DNA of 64,000 nucleotides from Candidatus Enterousia sp. (GCA_045587125.1 JAZNBN010000016.1:32728-96727); one strand, 5' to 3'; counted from the stretch's first letter, positions 28,498-38,254 are shown. Notes: generated by a model not told the origin, from the letters alone. Program-made: numbers and translations.

Positions 28498-29052
28498 ATG
28501 ATGAAAAAAAGACTTGTTGTATTGATGGGTGGCCAGGGCGTAGGCAAAGGTTCACTTGCGAAAAGATTGGTGAAAAAATACGGTTTTGTGCATGTTGAAG
28601 CCGGTGCAATTTTACGTTCAATGCCGCCGGAATCTGAAATTTGTAAAATAATTACATGTGGTAATTTGGTGCCGGATAATCTGTTATTTGATATTATGGC
28701 CACAAAAATAAATCCAGAACAAGATATCGTATTGGACGGATTTCCGCGTACATTATCCCAGGCACAATGGTTGGTTGAAAAATACTCAGATAAATTTGAT
28801 ATTCATGTATTGTATTTATACGCCGACAAAGATTTGATGATAAAGCGTATAAACAAACGTGCGACCGAAGAAAATCGCACAGATGACATGCATATGGACG
28901 TAATAAATAAACGTCTGGAAAACTTTTATAATGTAACTATGCCGGCGATTGATTGGTTACGCGGTGTATCTGGGGTATGTTTTTCCGAAATTGATGCGGC
29001 CGGCAACCAAGAAGAAAATCTACAAGAAGCCGTAAATGCACTGCAAATATAA
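28498..29052 (+). CDS. adk: Adenylate kinase (short, lid-less form)
   Basis: P-loop GGQGVGKGS, GNLVPDNL, LDGFPRTLSQAQ. 184 aa. Confidence 0.8.
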   Translation: MMKKRLVVLMGGQGVGKGSLAKRLVKKYGFVHVEAGAILRSMPPESEICKIITCGNLVPDNLLFDIMATKINPEQDIVLDGFPRTLSQAQWLVEKYSDKFDIHVLYLYADKDLMIKRINKRATEENRTDDMHMDVINKRLENFYNVTMPAIDWLRGVSGVCFSEIDAAGNQEENLQEAVNALQI

Positions 29053-29056
29053 CAAG

Positions 29057-29081
29057 AAAGCCCCAAATGGGGCTTTTTTTT
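29057..29081. terminator. Bidirectional terminator between adk and mraZ
   Basis: AAAGCCCC-AAAT-GGGGCTTTTTTTT. Confidence 0.75.
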
Positions 29082-29095
29082 AAGAAGGGAACTGT

Positions 29096-29545
29096 TTAAT
29101 CTGCGATTTTTAAATTAGGACGCACTTTACGCAGATTTTGTAAAGATTTTTCTTGTGCGGCATGAAATGCATCTGGGTTCCATATTTGAAAACTGTTACC
29201 GCGACCAACGAATACGGCTTTGTCGGTGATACCTGCGTGTTTTAACAATTCAGATGGAATAACGATGCGACCTGTGACATCGAATGTTAATGGGCGTGCA
29301 TCTGCGAACAGCATTGCGGACAAATCGTCCAGTTCACTGTCAAAAACGCCCATTTTATCGGCGGCAGTTGCCATTTGTTCCATACGTGACATAGATAAAC
29401 CTTCGATACAATTATTTGTAAAAGAACGGTATAACACCACGCCCGAAAAATTTTCGCCCGCCAAAGATGCACGAAACGAAGCAGGTACGGATATACGCCC
29501 CTTGGTATCCAAACGATTTTCATAAGATGAGAGAAACAATGACAT
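29096..29545 (-). CDS. mraZ: Transcriptional regulator MraZ
   Basis: Start at ATG 29545: MSLFLSSYENRLDTKGRISVPASFR. Second SpoVT/AbrB-like half has GRIVIPSELLKHAGI. 149 aa. No rsmH/fts genes follow it. Confidence 0.85.
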   Translation of the reverse strand: MSLFLSSYENRLDTKGRISVPASFRASLAGENFSGVVLYRSFTNNCIEGLSMSRMEQMATAADKMGVFDSELDDLSAMLFADARPLTFDVTGRIVIPSELLKHAGITDKAVFVGRGNSFQIWNPDAFHAAQEKSLQNLRKVRPNLKIAD

Positions 29546-29650
29546 TTTATGATAATTCTTTATTTTTTTCGGGTTATATCCTTGTTCTTTTTCCTGCTTC
29601 ATACAGAACGTAGCACGGGAATTTGTGGTTGTCAATGACAAATTATAATT

Positions 29651-29680
29651 ATTTTATGGGATTTTATGGTTTTTGGCGGA
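29651..29680. repeat. 10-bp-phased direct repeats upstream of mraZ (candidate MraZ boxes)
   Basis: ATTTTATGGG ATTTTATGGT TTTTGGCGGA: TGG-containing units at 10-bp spacing, about 110-135 nt upstream of the mraZ start. Confidence 0.3.
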
Positions 29681-29939
29681 TTTCTAAGTAAAATTGAAAA
29701 AAATGCAAATAAAATGAAAATAATTGCATTTTATGCTTGACCTGCGATTCGTTTTTGTTCTAAGATGTTTGTATAGACAAGGGAAAAAGAAATAAAAATC
29801 CCAGAAAACCGCAGAAAAGCCGATTTTTTGGGAAAAATAAAAAATAACAAAAAACTTTTTCTGTTGTTTTTGTAAATACGTTGGTATGTACAAAAATATT
29901 CAGAAAAAATACAACACACCCGAAAGGAGGGGAACGCGC

Positions 29940-30275
29940 ATGCAAAAAAATATAAAAGAAATAATGATTGCTTTGAATCAGGTTCTGACAACAACTGTTT
30001 GGGTTAACGCAGATAGACAAATTGTATCATTGGCTGATGAATTGAAAATTGGTCATAATAATGCACCACGTTCAATTGAAGATTTATCACGTCCATCATT
30101 GGTTGGTGCATACGTATCATTACAAATTCGTACAGATAATTTTGAAATCGCTGCTGAAAGCATGGATACCAAAACATTGGCATTGCGTGTCAAAGAAATG
30201 GTATTTGCTGAGGCTAAAAAGGCATTGGATTCAAAAACAGATTCCGCATCCGAAGATATTGCAATGGCTGCATAA
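29940..30275 (+). CDS. Hypothetical protein (111 aa)
   Basis: ATG at 29940 preceded by GAAAGGAGGGG. No motif recognised. Confidence 0.55.
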   Translation: MQKNIKEIMIALNQVLTTTVWVNADRQIVSLADELKIGHNNAPRSIEDLSRPSLVGAYVSLQIRTDNFEIAAESMDTKTLALRVKEMVFAEAKKALDSKTDSASEDIAMAA

Positions 30276-30346
30276 TATAACCTTTATTGTCATGCGCAAT
30301 ATTTTGTTGGGACAAAAGTTTCCGGATAACCGGAAGGAAGGGAGCA

Positions 30347-30383
30347 ACCACCGTCAAGCAATTGCCGGTGGTCATTTTTTTTT
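30347..30383 (+). terminator. Rho-independent terminator
   Basis: ACCACCG ... CGGTGGT stem followed by T9. A TTCCGG-ATAA-CCGGAA hairpin lies just upstream. Confidence 0.6.
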
Positions 30384-30406
30384 GTTGATAAATAACAGAC
30401 CAAAAT

Positions 30407-30433
30407 AAAAAATCCCCAAAAGGGGATTTTTTT
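30407..30433. terminator. Bidirectional terminator (serves the giant gene on the minus strand)
   Basis: AAAAAATCCCC-AAAA-GGGGATTTTTTT. Confidence 0.75.
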
Positions 30434-30435
30434 GT

Positions 30436-33400
30436 TTAATTGGCATCGCACCATATCTCTGCTTCTTGTATTCCTGTGACATAACAATAACCATCGTTAT
30501 GCCATATTGGTTGGATGCCAAGTGTTTCATAGAGTTCATAGCATGTATCATAGGTGTCTGCCAAAGAGAAATACATTGTTTTTCCAGAATTGTATAAATC
30601 TTGGACATCTGTCGCTGTCATCCAATTTGTTGAAATATTTTGGTTCGTATAAAAACACTTTGAGGTGCCGGTTGAATTGGATTTGTAACACCAATATGCC
30701 TTGTTAGAGCAATCGTTATCTATATTGTATGTAGTGTTAGGAGTTACTATCGTAAGGTTTTGACTGTCTGGTAATTTAAATGTCTGACCAATTGTTGCTG
30801 TAGTGTTTGGTGTAGAAACATAGTTTACTGTATAGTAAGTGGGTAATACAAAATTTACAGTAAATGAAGATGGTGTCCATACTACATTCCATGTAGTGCT
30901 TGTGGTTGGTTGACAATCTGTATCCTGTACGTATGCGTATGGGTTGGTTATACAGGTTGTTCCACTGACGGCATCTTCTACATATTTGTATGTATAATCG
31001 CTGCCAGGGTTAATAGAGGATAACATACCGGTAAATCTCGAAGTGTCCAGTTTGGTTGAACAAGTTTCTTCTGTATATAGTTGAGAGTTTTTATAGTGTA
31101 TAGTTCCGGACTTTCCGCCGGATAATTCGGTGCCATCGGAATTTGTGTGTTTCAGTGTAATTGGAACACATGGTTCTGTTGGGGTGTCTGGTGTATATTT
31201 TCCATACCATTTTGTAGCAGATGTTGGATTACATTCTGTTATATTTGCTGTAACTAATTTACCTTGATGATCTATACATTGTGTTTTAAAATCATTCGCA
31301 GAATAATATCCGTCAAATGTAAAACCTGTTTCTGGTGTCGGACCGGTTATGTACAAAGATGAATCAGTACAAGCGGCATCGGTATATAAAACAGTTGAAT
31401 CAACTGAGCTTTTGTATACTGTTTGTGTGCCACCTGAACCTGTTCCGACAACTAAATTGATCATTATACATTGTTCAGGTTCACTTGGTGTTTCAGGTTC
31501 CTGTTTTGTATACTGTGCATACCATGTTGTTGTGCCTGTTATACTGCAAGAAGAAGTTCTGATTTGATTATCTGTACACTGTGTTCCGCCAGATTTGCTT
31601 GTATAATATCCATTAAATGTATAACTTGTTTTTTGTGAATTGTAATGATAGAAATTACCACTGTTAGTGGCTGTTGAACAAGATGAGTCTGTGTAGAGTC
31701 CTGTTGCTCCAACTTTTGCATATAATGTGTTGTATCTTGAAAGTGTACCATCATTAGGGTCTAATGTAATTGCTACACATTTTGGTTGGGAAATGGTGCA
31801 ACCACCTGCGCCATCCGATTCGTAACCTGTACCGCATGTACATGTGCCGTTGGTGTATGTGCCACCGGTACTGGTGCAATTATATTCGGCTTGGGTTACG
31901 CATTTACCATTGGTGTTGGCTATTTTGCCTGTGCCACTACAATCGCAAGTGTTGCTTGACCATTCGCCGCCTGTACTTTCACAATTTTGTGCAGTTTCAT
32001 TGTATGCCATATCTATCCAAGCCTTGATGGCGGCAGGATTTGGTTCTTTGGTTGCATCACCATTTACAGACATACATGTTATAATCTGGGAACGACATGC
32101 ATTGATTGCAGCATTTGAGTATGTTCCATTGTTTGTGCCGTAATTGTTTTTACCCAAACATGTTTCTATATCAACCATACAATTGCCCGCATAATCAGCC
32201 AAGATTTCGTCTTGGGCGGCCTTAATCTGGGTCATTGTACGTGCCAAGTATTCTTTTACAACCATGTTGTCATGTTGATATGCACCGTTATCATCAAATG
32301 TGTACATTTGGCATTTGTTTAATACTGCTGAACACATACCATAATTGCGATTGCCGTCTATGTAACCAATCTTGGCCATTAGATATTCAGACATAATCGA
32401 TGATGTGTCAGATGGTTTGGTGTTTTTCTTGACGGTTGCATTTATATATTCAGCCAAAGATCCGTCATTGTTCCATGCGTTTACTTCTGTGTCACCGTCA
32501 TCATAATTCCATGTTTTATAAAGACCACTTTGTGTCAAATCTGATGTTGGGGCATCAATTGATGTACTTTCCACCGCCAATCCAGGCATAGAACCCGCAA
32601 CAATTTCACCGTTTACAATATATTTGCCGGTTGGGTCCAGACAGTTTTCATAATCACTGCCACATACGAATTCATCCTGCATACATGAATCCAATGCGTT
32701 CACACAACCACGCAGGTCATATGAGTTTTTCTGTTGCGAAACCATCAAACGTGCTTTTTGCAATACAGTTTTTGCATTGCGTACTGTATTATTCATGTTG
32801 TCGTTGGCTTCGTTCAAACTGCGTTCGTATGCAATACATTGTTTATCAATTTCCATATCATACGCATTTGTGATAACAGATATATCAACACCTTGATTTT
32901 GACATGTGTTTAATACAGATGCCTTGCATCGTGTAGATGCCGTTTTATATAACTGTTCACCACGTTGGTTGCTGATACTGTTTGTGTTTGTATTGTTTGA
33001 ACCAAATATCGCACTTAAATCAAAACCTGTATCGCCAATATTAAAATCAAGTAACCCAGACAAATCAAATGACATGCCAGTATCAGTAGATGTCGCTGTT
33101 CCTGATTTGACCTCTACTATTAAATCACGGATTGAATCCAAACTGTTTTTTAATTGGCTGTTATCAGTTGTTGCCTGCATTTGGATTTCAGCCTCGGTCT
33201 GACTGAACAATGTTTCAATTTCGTCCGCGGTCAACCCAATATATTGAATTTGTTGCGCGACATCCTGCAAGGCTTCGTTTGCTTCCTTTAAAGCCTTTTC
33301 TGTTTTTTCGTAATTTTTAATATTTTTTGAACATGTGCAACGACCTTGATTATCGTCCAAAACGTTACAATAATTATCCATACATGATGTATATTGTGCT

Positions 33401-33957
33401 TTGCAGTAATCAGTCATTTGTGTCAAACTATCCATTTGACTGATAGTTGTTGCCTGGTCTGCTGTATTTGTTGTTGCTGTTGTTGCGACAGATCCAGCCC
33501 GCGCCATAACCCCACTGCGTACCCCGGCACGCGCATTTGTTATCGCAGCACGTCCAGTATTTGTTGTTGAATTATTCGTCGTGTTGCGGCGTACTGTTGT
33601 TGCAACAGGTGCGCCTTTGGTTGCCGTTCTGGCAGTTGTGGCTGTGCGTTGCGCCACACGTGCATTGTTTGTAGTTGCGGTACGTGGTGATGTTGTGGTC
33701 GCTTCACGGTTTTTTACACCTGTACGTGCCTGTGTTGCATTACGGGACGTTGCGACTGTGCGTGCATTAACATTTCGTGCAGATGGGTCAGATGAACCAC
33801 GAGCGCTGGGGGATACACGTGCGGCCCCACGACCCGTTGCCCCAGAACGTGATGCAACACTGGATGGTTGTGCAATCGGTTGTACTGTATCCCGAACTGT
33901 ATCTGCAAATGCAGGTAACACCAACAGGCCACTTAATACCGCAACAAATCGTTTCAT
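30436..33957 (-). CDS. Giant secreted protein, paralogue 1 (1173 aa): signal peptide, Arg/Thr/Ala-rich region, conserved Cys-containing core, EGF-like Cys knots, GYTF(D/N)GYY repeats
   Basis: Start set to ATG 33957 (AGGGAGA SD; MKRFVAVLSGLLVLPAFA). The core from MTDYCKAQYTSCMDNYCNVLDDNQGRCTCSKN to AQNCESTGGEWS is nearly identical to 45285-47756. At least three C-terminal modules of the type CxxITLxxxDGT...LYTDxxC...GYTFxGYY...TQC...TxWY. Confidence 0.8.
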   Translation of the reverse strand: MKRFVAVLSGLLVLPAFADTVRDTVQPIAQPSSVASRSGATGRGAARVSPSARGSSDPSARNVNARTVATSRNATQARTGVKNREATTTSPRTATTNNARVAQRTATTARTATKGAPVATTVRRNTTNNSTTNTGRAAITNARAGVRSGVMARAGSVATTATTNTADQATTISQMDSLTQMTDYCKAQYTSCMDNYCNVLDDNQGRCTCSKNIKNYEKTEKALKEANEALQDVAQQIQYIGLTADEIETLFSQTEAEIQMQATTDNSQLKNSLDSIRDLIVEVKSGTATSTDTGMSFDLSGLLDFNIGDTGFDLSAIFGSNNTNTNSISNQRGEQLYKTASTRCKASVLNTCQNQGVDISVITNAYDMEIDKQCIAYERSLNEANDNMNNTVRNAKTVLQKARLMVSQQKNSYDLRGCVNALDSCMQDEFVCGSDYENCLDPTGKYIVNGEIVAGSMPGLAVESTSIDAPTSDLTQSGLYKTWNYDDGDTEVNAWNNDGSLAEYINATVKKNTKPSDTSSIMSEYLMAKIGYIDGNRNYGMCSAVLNKCQMYTFDDNGAYQHDNMVVKEYLARTMTQIKAAQDEILADYAGNCMVDIETCLGKNNYGTNNGTYSNAAINACRSQIITCMSVNGDATKEPNPAAIKAWIDMAYNETAQNCESTGGEWSSNTCDCSGTGKIANTNGKCVTQAEYNCTSTGGTYTNGTCTCGTGYESDGAGGCTISQPKCVAITLDPNDGTLSRYNTLYAKVGATGLYTDSSCSTATNSGNFYHYNSQKTSYTFNGYYTSKSGGTQCTDNQIRTSSCSITGTTTWYAQYTKQEPETPSEPEQCIMINLVVGTGSGGTQTVYKSSVDSTVLYTDAACTDSSLYITGPTPETGFTFDGYYSANDFKTQCIDHQGKLVTANITECNPTSATKWYGKYTPDTPTEPCVPITLKHTNSDGTELSGGKSGTIHYKNSQLYTEETCSTKLDTSRFTGMLSSINPGSDYTYKYVEDAVSGTTCITNPYAYVQDTDCQPTTSTTWNVVWTPSSFTVNFVLPTYYTVNYVSTPNTTATIGQTFKLPDSQNLTIVTPNTTYNIDNDCSNKAYWCYKSNSTGTSKCFYTNQNISTNWMTATDVQDLYNSGKTMYFSLADTYDTCYELYETLGIQPIWHNDGYCYVTGIQEAEIWCDAN
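31970..33417 (-). repeat. Inverted-repeat arm A (conserved core of the giant paralogues)
   Basis: Reverse complement matches 45934-47384. In the ~170 nt I aligned by hand (32741-32910 vs about 46440-46609) there are only 3 mismatches. Confidence 0.8.
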
Positions 33958-33983
33958 CGAATATCTCCCTTTCATTAAAATGA

Positions 33984-34012
33984 ATTTTATCAAAAACAGG
34001 GATTTTAAACAA
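33984..34012 (-). promoter_or_regulatory. Candidate promoter of giant paralogue 1
   Basis: Minus strand reads TTGTTT-N17-TAAAAT with a TG extension (TGATAAAAT). The same -10 context occurs at 45249-45257. Confidence 0.45.
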
Positions 34013-34021
34013 GGTGTTTTT

Positions 34022-35095
34022 TTAATTTTCTTTAAATAAATTCGCCGGATTAATCGCATTATTTCCGCGTCGTACTTCCAGATACATTTCTGGTTTGTCT
34101 GGATTCATGCGACCAACGGGTTCACCGGCCAATACTTCTTGGTCCAACATAACGTCAATATTTCCAAGATTGGTCATAACTGTATTGTATCCATTTTTGT
34201 GTGACATAATTATAACACGACCAAAACCACGGAAACTGTCTGCGAATTTTACAACGCCATCTGCCGGTGCCATAACCAACGCATCTCCACGTGTGCGAAT
34301 ACGCCAACCGTCTGATTTTAGCCCCAATGCAGTTTTTTCTCCAAATTTTACGACAATTCTTCCGCGTACCGGCAGGTTTAATTTACGTCTGGAAAAACGT
34401 GCGTCTGCGGACATCTCAGAACTGCCCACGCCGGCGGACAATTCAGAAATACTTTTTGCACGTTCAGACAAATCACGTAATTTCTTTTGTGTTTCAGAAT
34501 GCTTTGTTTTTAATTTTTTATTTTGTGCACTGCGTGTTTTTAATAATTCATCTAATTTACGTTTTTCACGGTTGTATTTTTTAGCAGTTCTGTCTAATTT
34601 TTCTTTTTCAATTGCCCGTTCTTCGCGTATTTTGTTCAGTTTTTTTATTTGTTCTTTGGCTTTGTCAATTTCTGTATTCAAATTTTCAGATGTTCCCATT
34701 AACATCGCAGAAGTTAAAACGTAATCACGCATATTTTTACTGTCAAAATTTGGATGTGATGCAATGAATAATACACTGGCACTGGCATCTGCGATACGTG
34801 ATTTGTTGGAATTCATATCTTGGGTGATTTTATCACGTTGGGCATCTAATTCGGCAATTTTTTTTGCCATTTCTGCACGTTTTTCTTCTAAATCACTGAC
34901 TTTATCTGCGGCTTTGACCAATTGTTTTTTTGTTTGGTTTACTTCGCGTTCAGACGTTTCAACCTGTTGTTCTAATTTTTTTGTCTGTTGTTCAGTCTGT
35001 TTGATTTGTGCATTTATTTTAGATAATTCATTGCCGCCCAGTCCAGGACTGGTAAAGATGCATAACAAAGAAAAAATTGTAAATATCTTCTTCAT
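34022..35095 (-). CDS. EnvC-like coiled-coil protein with degenerate LytM (M23) domain
   Basis: Signal peptide, about 200 aa of K/E-rich coiled coil, and a C-terminal M23 fold (GWRIRTRGDALVMAPADGVVKFA...GRVIIMSHKNGYNTVM). The HxH motif is replaced (EMYLEVRRG). The start overlaps the tyrS stop (TAATG). Confidence 0.7.
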   Translation of the reverse strand: MKKIFTIFSLLCIFTSPGLGGNELSKINAQIKQTEQQTKKLEQQVETSEREVNQTKKQLVKAADKVSDLEEKRAEMAKKIAELDAQRDKITQDMNSNKSRIADASASVLFIASHPNFDSKNMRDYVLTSAMLMGTSENLNTEIDKAKEQIKKLNKIREERAIEKEKLDRTAKKYNREKRKLDELLKTRSAQNKKLKTKHSETQKKLRDLSERAKSISELSAGVGSSEMSADARFSRRKLNLPVRGRIVVKFGEKTALGLKSDGWRIRTRGDALVMAPADGVVKFADSFRGFGRVIIMSHKNGYNTVMTNLGNIDVMLDQEVLAGEPVGRMNPDKPEMYLEVRRGNNAINPANLFKEN

Positions 35096-36309
35096 TATTT
35101 TGCAATTACTTTCAAGAATACCTTTTTGCCTTTTTGAACCATAAATTCATCAGATTTTTCTATGACGTATTTTGGGTCTGTTATTTTGTTGCCATCAATT
35201 TGAATTCCGCCTTGTTCAACATTTCTGCGGGCCTCTGATTTAGAGGTAAATAAACCTGTTTCAACCAGAAAATCCAATATGCCCATATTGTCTGACATTT
35301 TTATTTCAACATTTGGTGCATTGTCCAGATTTTTTCCACCACCAAACAGTGCGTCTGATGTTTGTTGTGCCTGTGTTGCAGCATCTGTACCATGTGCAAT
35401 TTCTGTGGCGGCAAATGCCAACACGCGTTTTGCTTGATTTAATTCTGCCCCTTGTAACGCAGACAGGCGTGCAATTTCATCCAGTGGTATTTCAGTAAAT
35501 ATTTTCAAGAATTTTTCAACCAAATCATCAGGTGTATTGCGGAAATACTGATAGTATTCATATGGCGATGTTTTATCTTCATTTACCCATACTGCATTTC
35601 CAGCAGACTTTCCAATTTTATTTCCGTTTGAATCAGTAATCAAAGATGTTGATAAAACAAATACTTCTTTGCCCATTTTTTTGCGAACCAATTCAATACC
35701 CATAATTGCATTGCCCCATTGGTCTGCCCCGCACAGTTGTAATATGCAGTTGTGCTGTTTATAAAGGGTTAAAAAATCCACCGCTTGGAACGTCATATAA
35801 TTAAATTCCAAGAATGTCATACCGTTATCCAGACGGCGTTTAACAGAATCCATGGATAACATGCGTGGAACTGTAAAATCTGTACCAAAATCGCGCAAGA
35901 AATCCAAGTGACTGTATCCAGACATCCAATCGTAATTATCAACCATAATTGCACCAGATTCTGAATTGTCGAATTTCAAAAACTTTGAAAAAGATTTTTT
36001 TAATCCATTAACATTTTTTTCCAAGATTTCATCGGTCATCATTGGTCGACCTGTATCACGACCGGATGGGTCACCAATACGTCCAGTTGCCCCACCAACC
36101 AATGCGATTGGTCTATGTCCGTATTTTTGTAACCAACGCATCATCATCACAGGCACCAAATGTCCAACATGTAATGAATCAGCCGTCGGGTCAGAACCCA
36201 AATATGCCGTAATTTTACCGGCGTTTAATGCGTCGATTATACCGTCCATATTTGAAGTCTGATTTATAAAACCACGTGCGTTTAATTCTTGTAACAATTC
36301 ATTCTGCAT
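35095..36309 (-). CDS. tyrS: Tyrosine--tRNA ligase
   Basis: HIGH-type motif (SLHVGHL), KMSKS-type motif (KIGKS) and a C-terminal S4 domain. 404 aa. Confidence 0.92.
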   Translation of the reverse strand: MQNELLQELNARGFINQTSNMDGIIDALNAGKITAYLGSDPTADSLHVGHLVPVMMMRWLQKYGHRPIALVGGATGRIGDPSGRDTGRPMMTDEILEKNVNGLKKSFSKFLKFDNSESGAIMVDNYDWMSGYSHLDFLRDFGTDFTVPRMLSMDSVKRRLDNGMTFLEFNYMTFQAVDFLTLYKQHNCILQLCGADQWGNAIMGIELVRKKMGKEVFVLSTSLITDSNGNKIGKSAGNAVWVNEDKTSPYEYYQYFRNTPDDLVEKFLKIFTEIPLDEIARLSALQGAELNQAKRVLAFAATEIAHGTDAATQAQQTSDALFGGGKNLDNAPNVEIKMSDNMGILDFLVETGLFTSKSEARRNVEQGGIQIDGNKITDPKYVIEKSDEFMVQKGKKVFLKVIAK

Positions 36310-36381
36310 ACTTTATCCCTTAATATTACTAAGTTGATATTATCATGTATTTTAATTGTATGCAACCAAACGGACAAATAA

Positions 36382-38121
36382 TTATTTTGATATGATTTTT
36401 TTGAAAATTTCGGCCGGAATTGTACCACCTGTGATTTTAGAATCCATCGGTGTAAAGTCGTCATTGCCCATCCAAACACCAACAATCAGATGATTGTTTG
36501 CACCAACAAACCATGCATCACGGTTGCCGTTACTGGTTCCTGTTTTACCACCCAGTACACCTTTTGTTCTGGCCCGCCCTCCTGTGCCACCAGGGGCGAC
36601 AACGTCCGCCAATAATTCTGTCATTTTTTCAACAGTGTATGGCTGTAATACCTGTATCGGTTCAGATGGATTTCGTTCATAAATTATATTGCCTGACATA
36701 TCTGTGACCCGCGTAATAGAATACGGACGTACAGAAAATCCGTTGTTCCAAATTACGGCGTATATATTCGTTAAATCCAATAAACTCATTTCAGACGCAC
36801 CCAAAACAGTCGAGTATTCGCGACGTAATTTTGTGCCAACACCCAAACGGCCTGCCATATTTAATACAGAATCAATCCCGTATTCGTGGGTTAATTTCAG
36901 TGGTACAGAATTGACACTTTTTGCAAATGCAGTGGCTAATGTTATGTCACCATAATATTTTTCATTATAGTTTTTCGGGTTATAATCTCCGATTGCGAAT
37001 TGAGAATCGTTTACGTATGTATTTGGATCCATACCGTTTTCCAATGCGACTAAATATACGACGGGTTTAAAACTACTGCCGGGTTGACGTGGTGCGGTTG
37101 CACGATTGAATTGACTGGCTTGATAATTAACACCACCGGACATTGCACGTAATGCACCATCTGGATTCATTGCAATAACTGCACCTTGGTATGGACCAAC
37201 TTTTTCAGACATTGTTTGTGCTACATAATCTTGTAATGGTTTATCCAGGGTTGTATACACGTACATATCAGATTCAAATTCACCAATTCGTGATTTTAAT
37301 TCATCCATAACAAAGTCTGTCCAATAACGATATATATTTGTGTCTCCACCATTTGTTGCGGGTGTCATGGTTTGTGCGGCAATACGTGCAGTATTTATGT
37401 CGATATATTTTTGTCGAACCATTTCTTGTAATACGACACGTGCACGTTTCATGTTTTTTTCTGGGTTACGCAGCGGACTGTATGTTGTGGGTGCTTTCAA
37501 CATTGCTGCAATTTGGGCCGCCTGTGCAACAGATAATTTGTTCGCAGGCACCTGAAACATAGCCTGGGCGGCCGCATCAATTCCACGCAGTCCCCCAACC
37601 AATGACACGCGATTCATATACAGGTCTAATATTTGATTTTTATTAAATCTGTTTTCCAACCAATATGATAAAATTAATTCTTGTACTTTGCGTGAAATCT
37701 TTTTTTCACGGGACAGAAAAATATTTTTTGCGGTCTGTTGTGTTATTGTTGATCCACCTGCGGCAATTCGTCCCGATGCCAGATTAGAAAACACCGCACG
37801 TGTAATACCGCGAACGTCAATGGGCCCATGTTTAAAAAATCTTTTATCTTCAATTGCGATTATTGCCTGCCATACATGTGGGGGTAATGTTTCAACCGAC
37901 ACAGGAGTTCCCATTATTCGATTAGCACTGCGTATTTCATTCCCATCTTTATCCAGAAATATTACAGATGCATCACGTGTTTCGTGTAATATCGCATCCA
38001 GTGACGGCATGCGTAGATAAATAACAGAAACATATCCACATATAATAACACCAACCAGTAAAATAAGATTTATACCATAAACCAACAAGTTACTTTTCCA
38101 AGAGCGAACTTGTTTTTGCAT
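36382..38121 (-). CDS. mrcA: Class A penicillin-binding protein (glycosyltransferase + transpeptidase)
   Basis: Start set to ATG 38121 (MQKQVRSWKS plus TM). GT51 motifs EDKRFFKHGPIDVRG and GGSTITQQ. Transpeptidase motifs SSFKP, SVN and KTGTS. Confidence 0.85.
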   Translation of the reverse strand: MQKQVRSWKSNLLVYGINLILLVGVIICGYVSVIYLRMPSLDAILHETRDASVIFLDKDGNEIRSANRIMGTPVSVETLPPHVWQAIIAIEDKRFFKHGPIDVRGITRAVFSNLASGRIAAGGSTITQQTAKNIFLSREKKISRKVQELILSYWLENRFNKNQILDLYMNRVSLVGGLRGIDAAAQAMFQVPANKLSVAQAAQIAAMLKAPTTYSPLRNPEKNMKRARVVLQEMVRQKYIDINTARIAAQTMTPATNGGDTNIYRYWTDFVMDELKSRIGEFESDMYVYTTLDKPLQDYVAQTMSEKVGPYQGAVIAMNPDGALRAMSGGVNYQASQFNRATAPRQPGSSFKPVVYLVALENGMDPNTYVNDSQFAIGDYNPKNYNEKYYGDITLATAFAKSVNSVPLKLTHEYGIDSVLNMAGRLGVGTKLRREYSTVLGASEMSLLDLTNIYAVIWNNGFSVRPYSITRVTDMSGNIIYERNPSEPIQVLQPYTVEKMTELLADVVAPGGTGGRARTKGVLGGKTGTSNGNRDAWFVGANNHLIVGVWMGNDDFTPMDSKITGGTIPAEIFKKIISK

Positions 38122-38254
38122 GTTTTTTTTCTTGTTATCTTTGTTTTTTTGCACGGTTTTACCCCTGGTTATATTAGGTATTTTATCATAAAAATCTTGC
38201 AAAGTATTGTTTTTTATAGGTATAATCCTATCACAGAAAGAAAGGAAAATACAT

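Noticed and set aside
30318-30352. CCGGAAGGAAGGGAGCAACC, which superficially resembles the conserved SRP (4.5S) RNA helix-8 motif CCGGAAGGAAGCAGCC
   Set aside because: The tetraloop context does not fold like helix 8 (the local hairpin is TTCCGG-ATAA-CCGGAA). I could find no long 5'/3' closing helix. It is more likely part of a tandem terminator region.
33958-34059. 34-aa N-terminal extension of the giant ORF (track start 34059), plus similar upstream extensions of nusG, rplK, mraZ, the PBP, hemW and others
   Set aside because: Internal ATGs preceded by good Shine-Dalgarno sequences give canonical N-termini or signal peptides. The extensions overlap neighbouring genes or promoters.
34095-35144. 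ORFs 34095-34724, 34291-34584 and 34764-35144 antisense to the EnvC-like gene
   Set aside because: They are shadow ORFs of a coiled-coil (K/E-rich) gene with no independent support.
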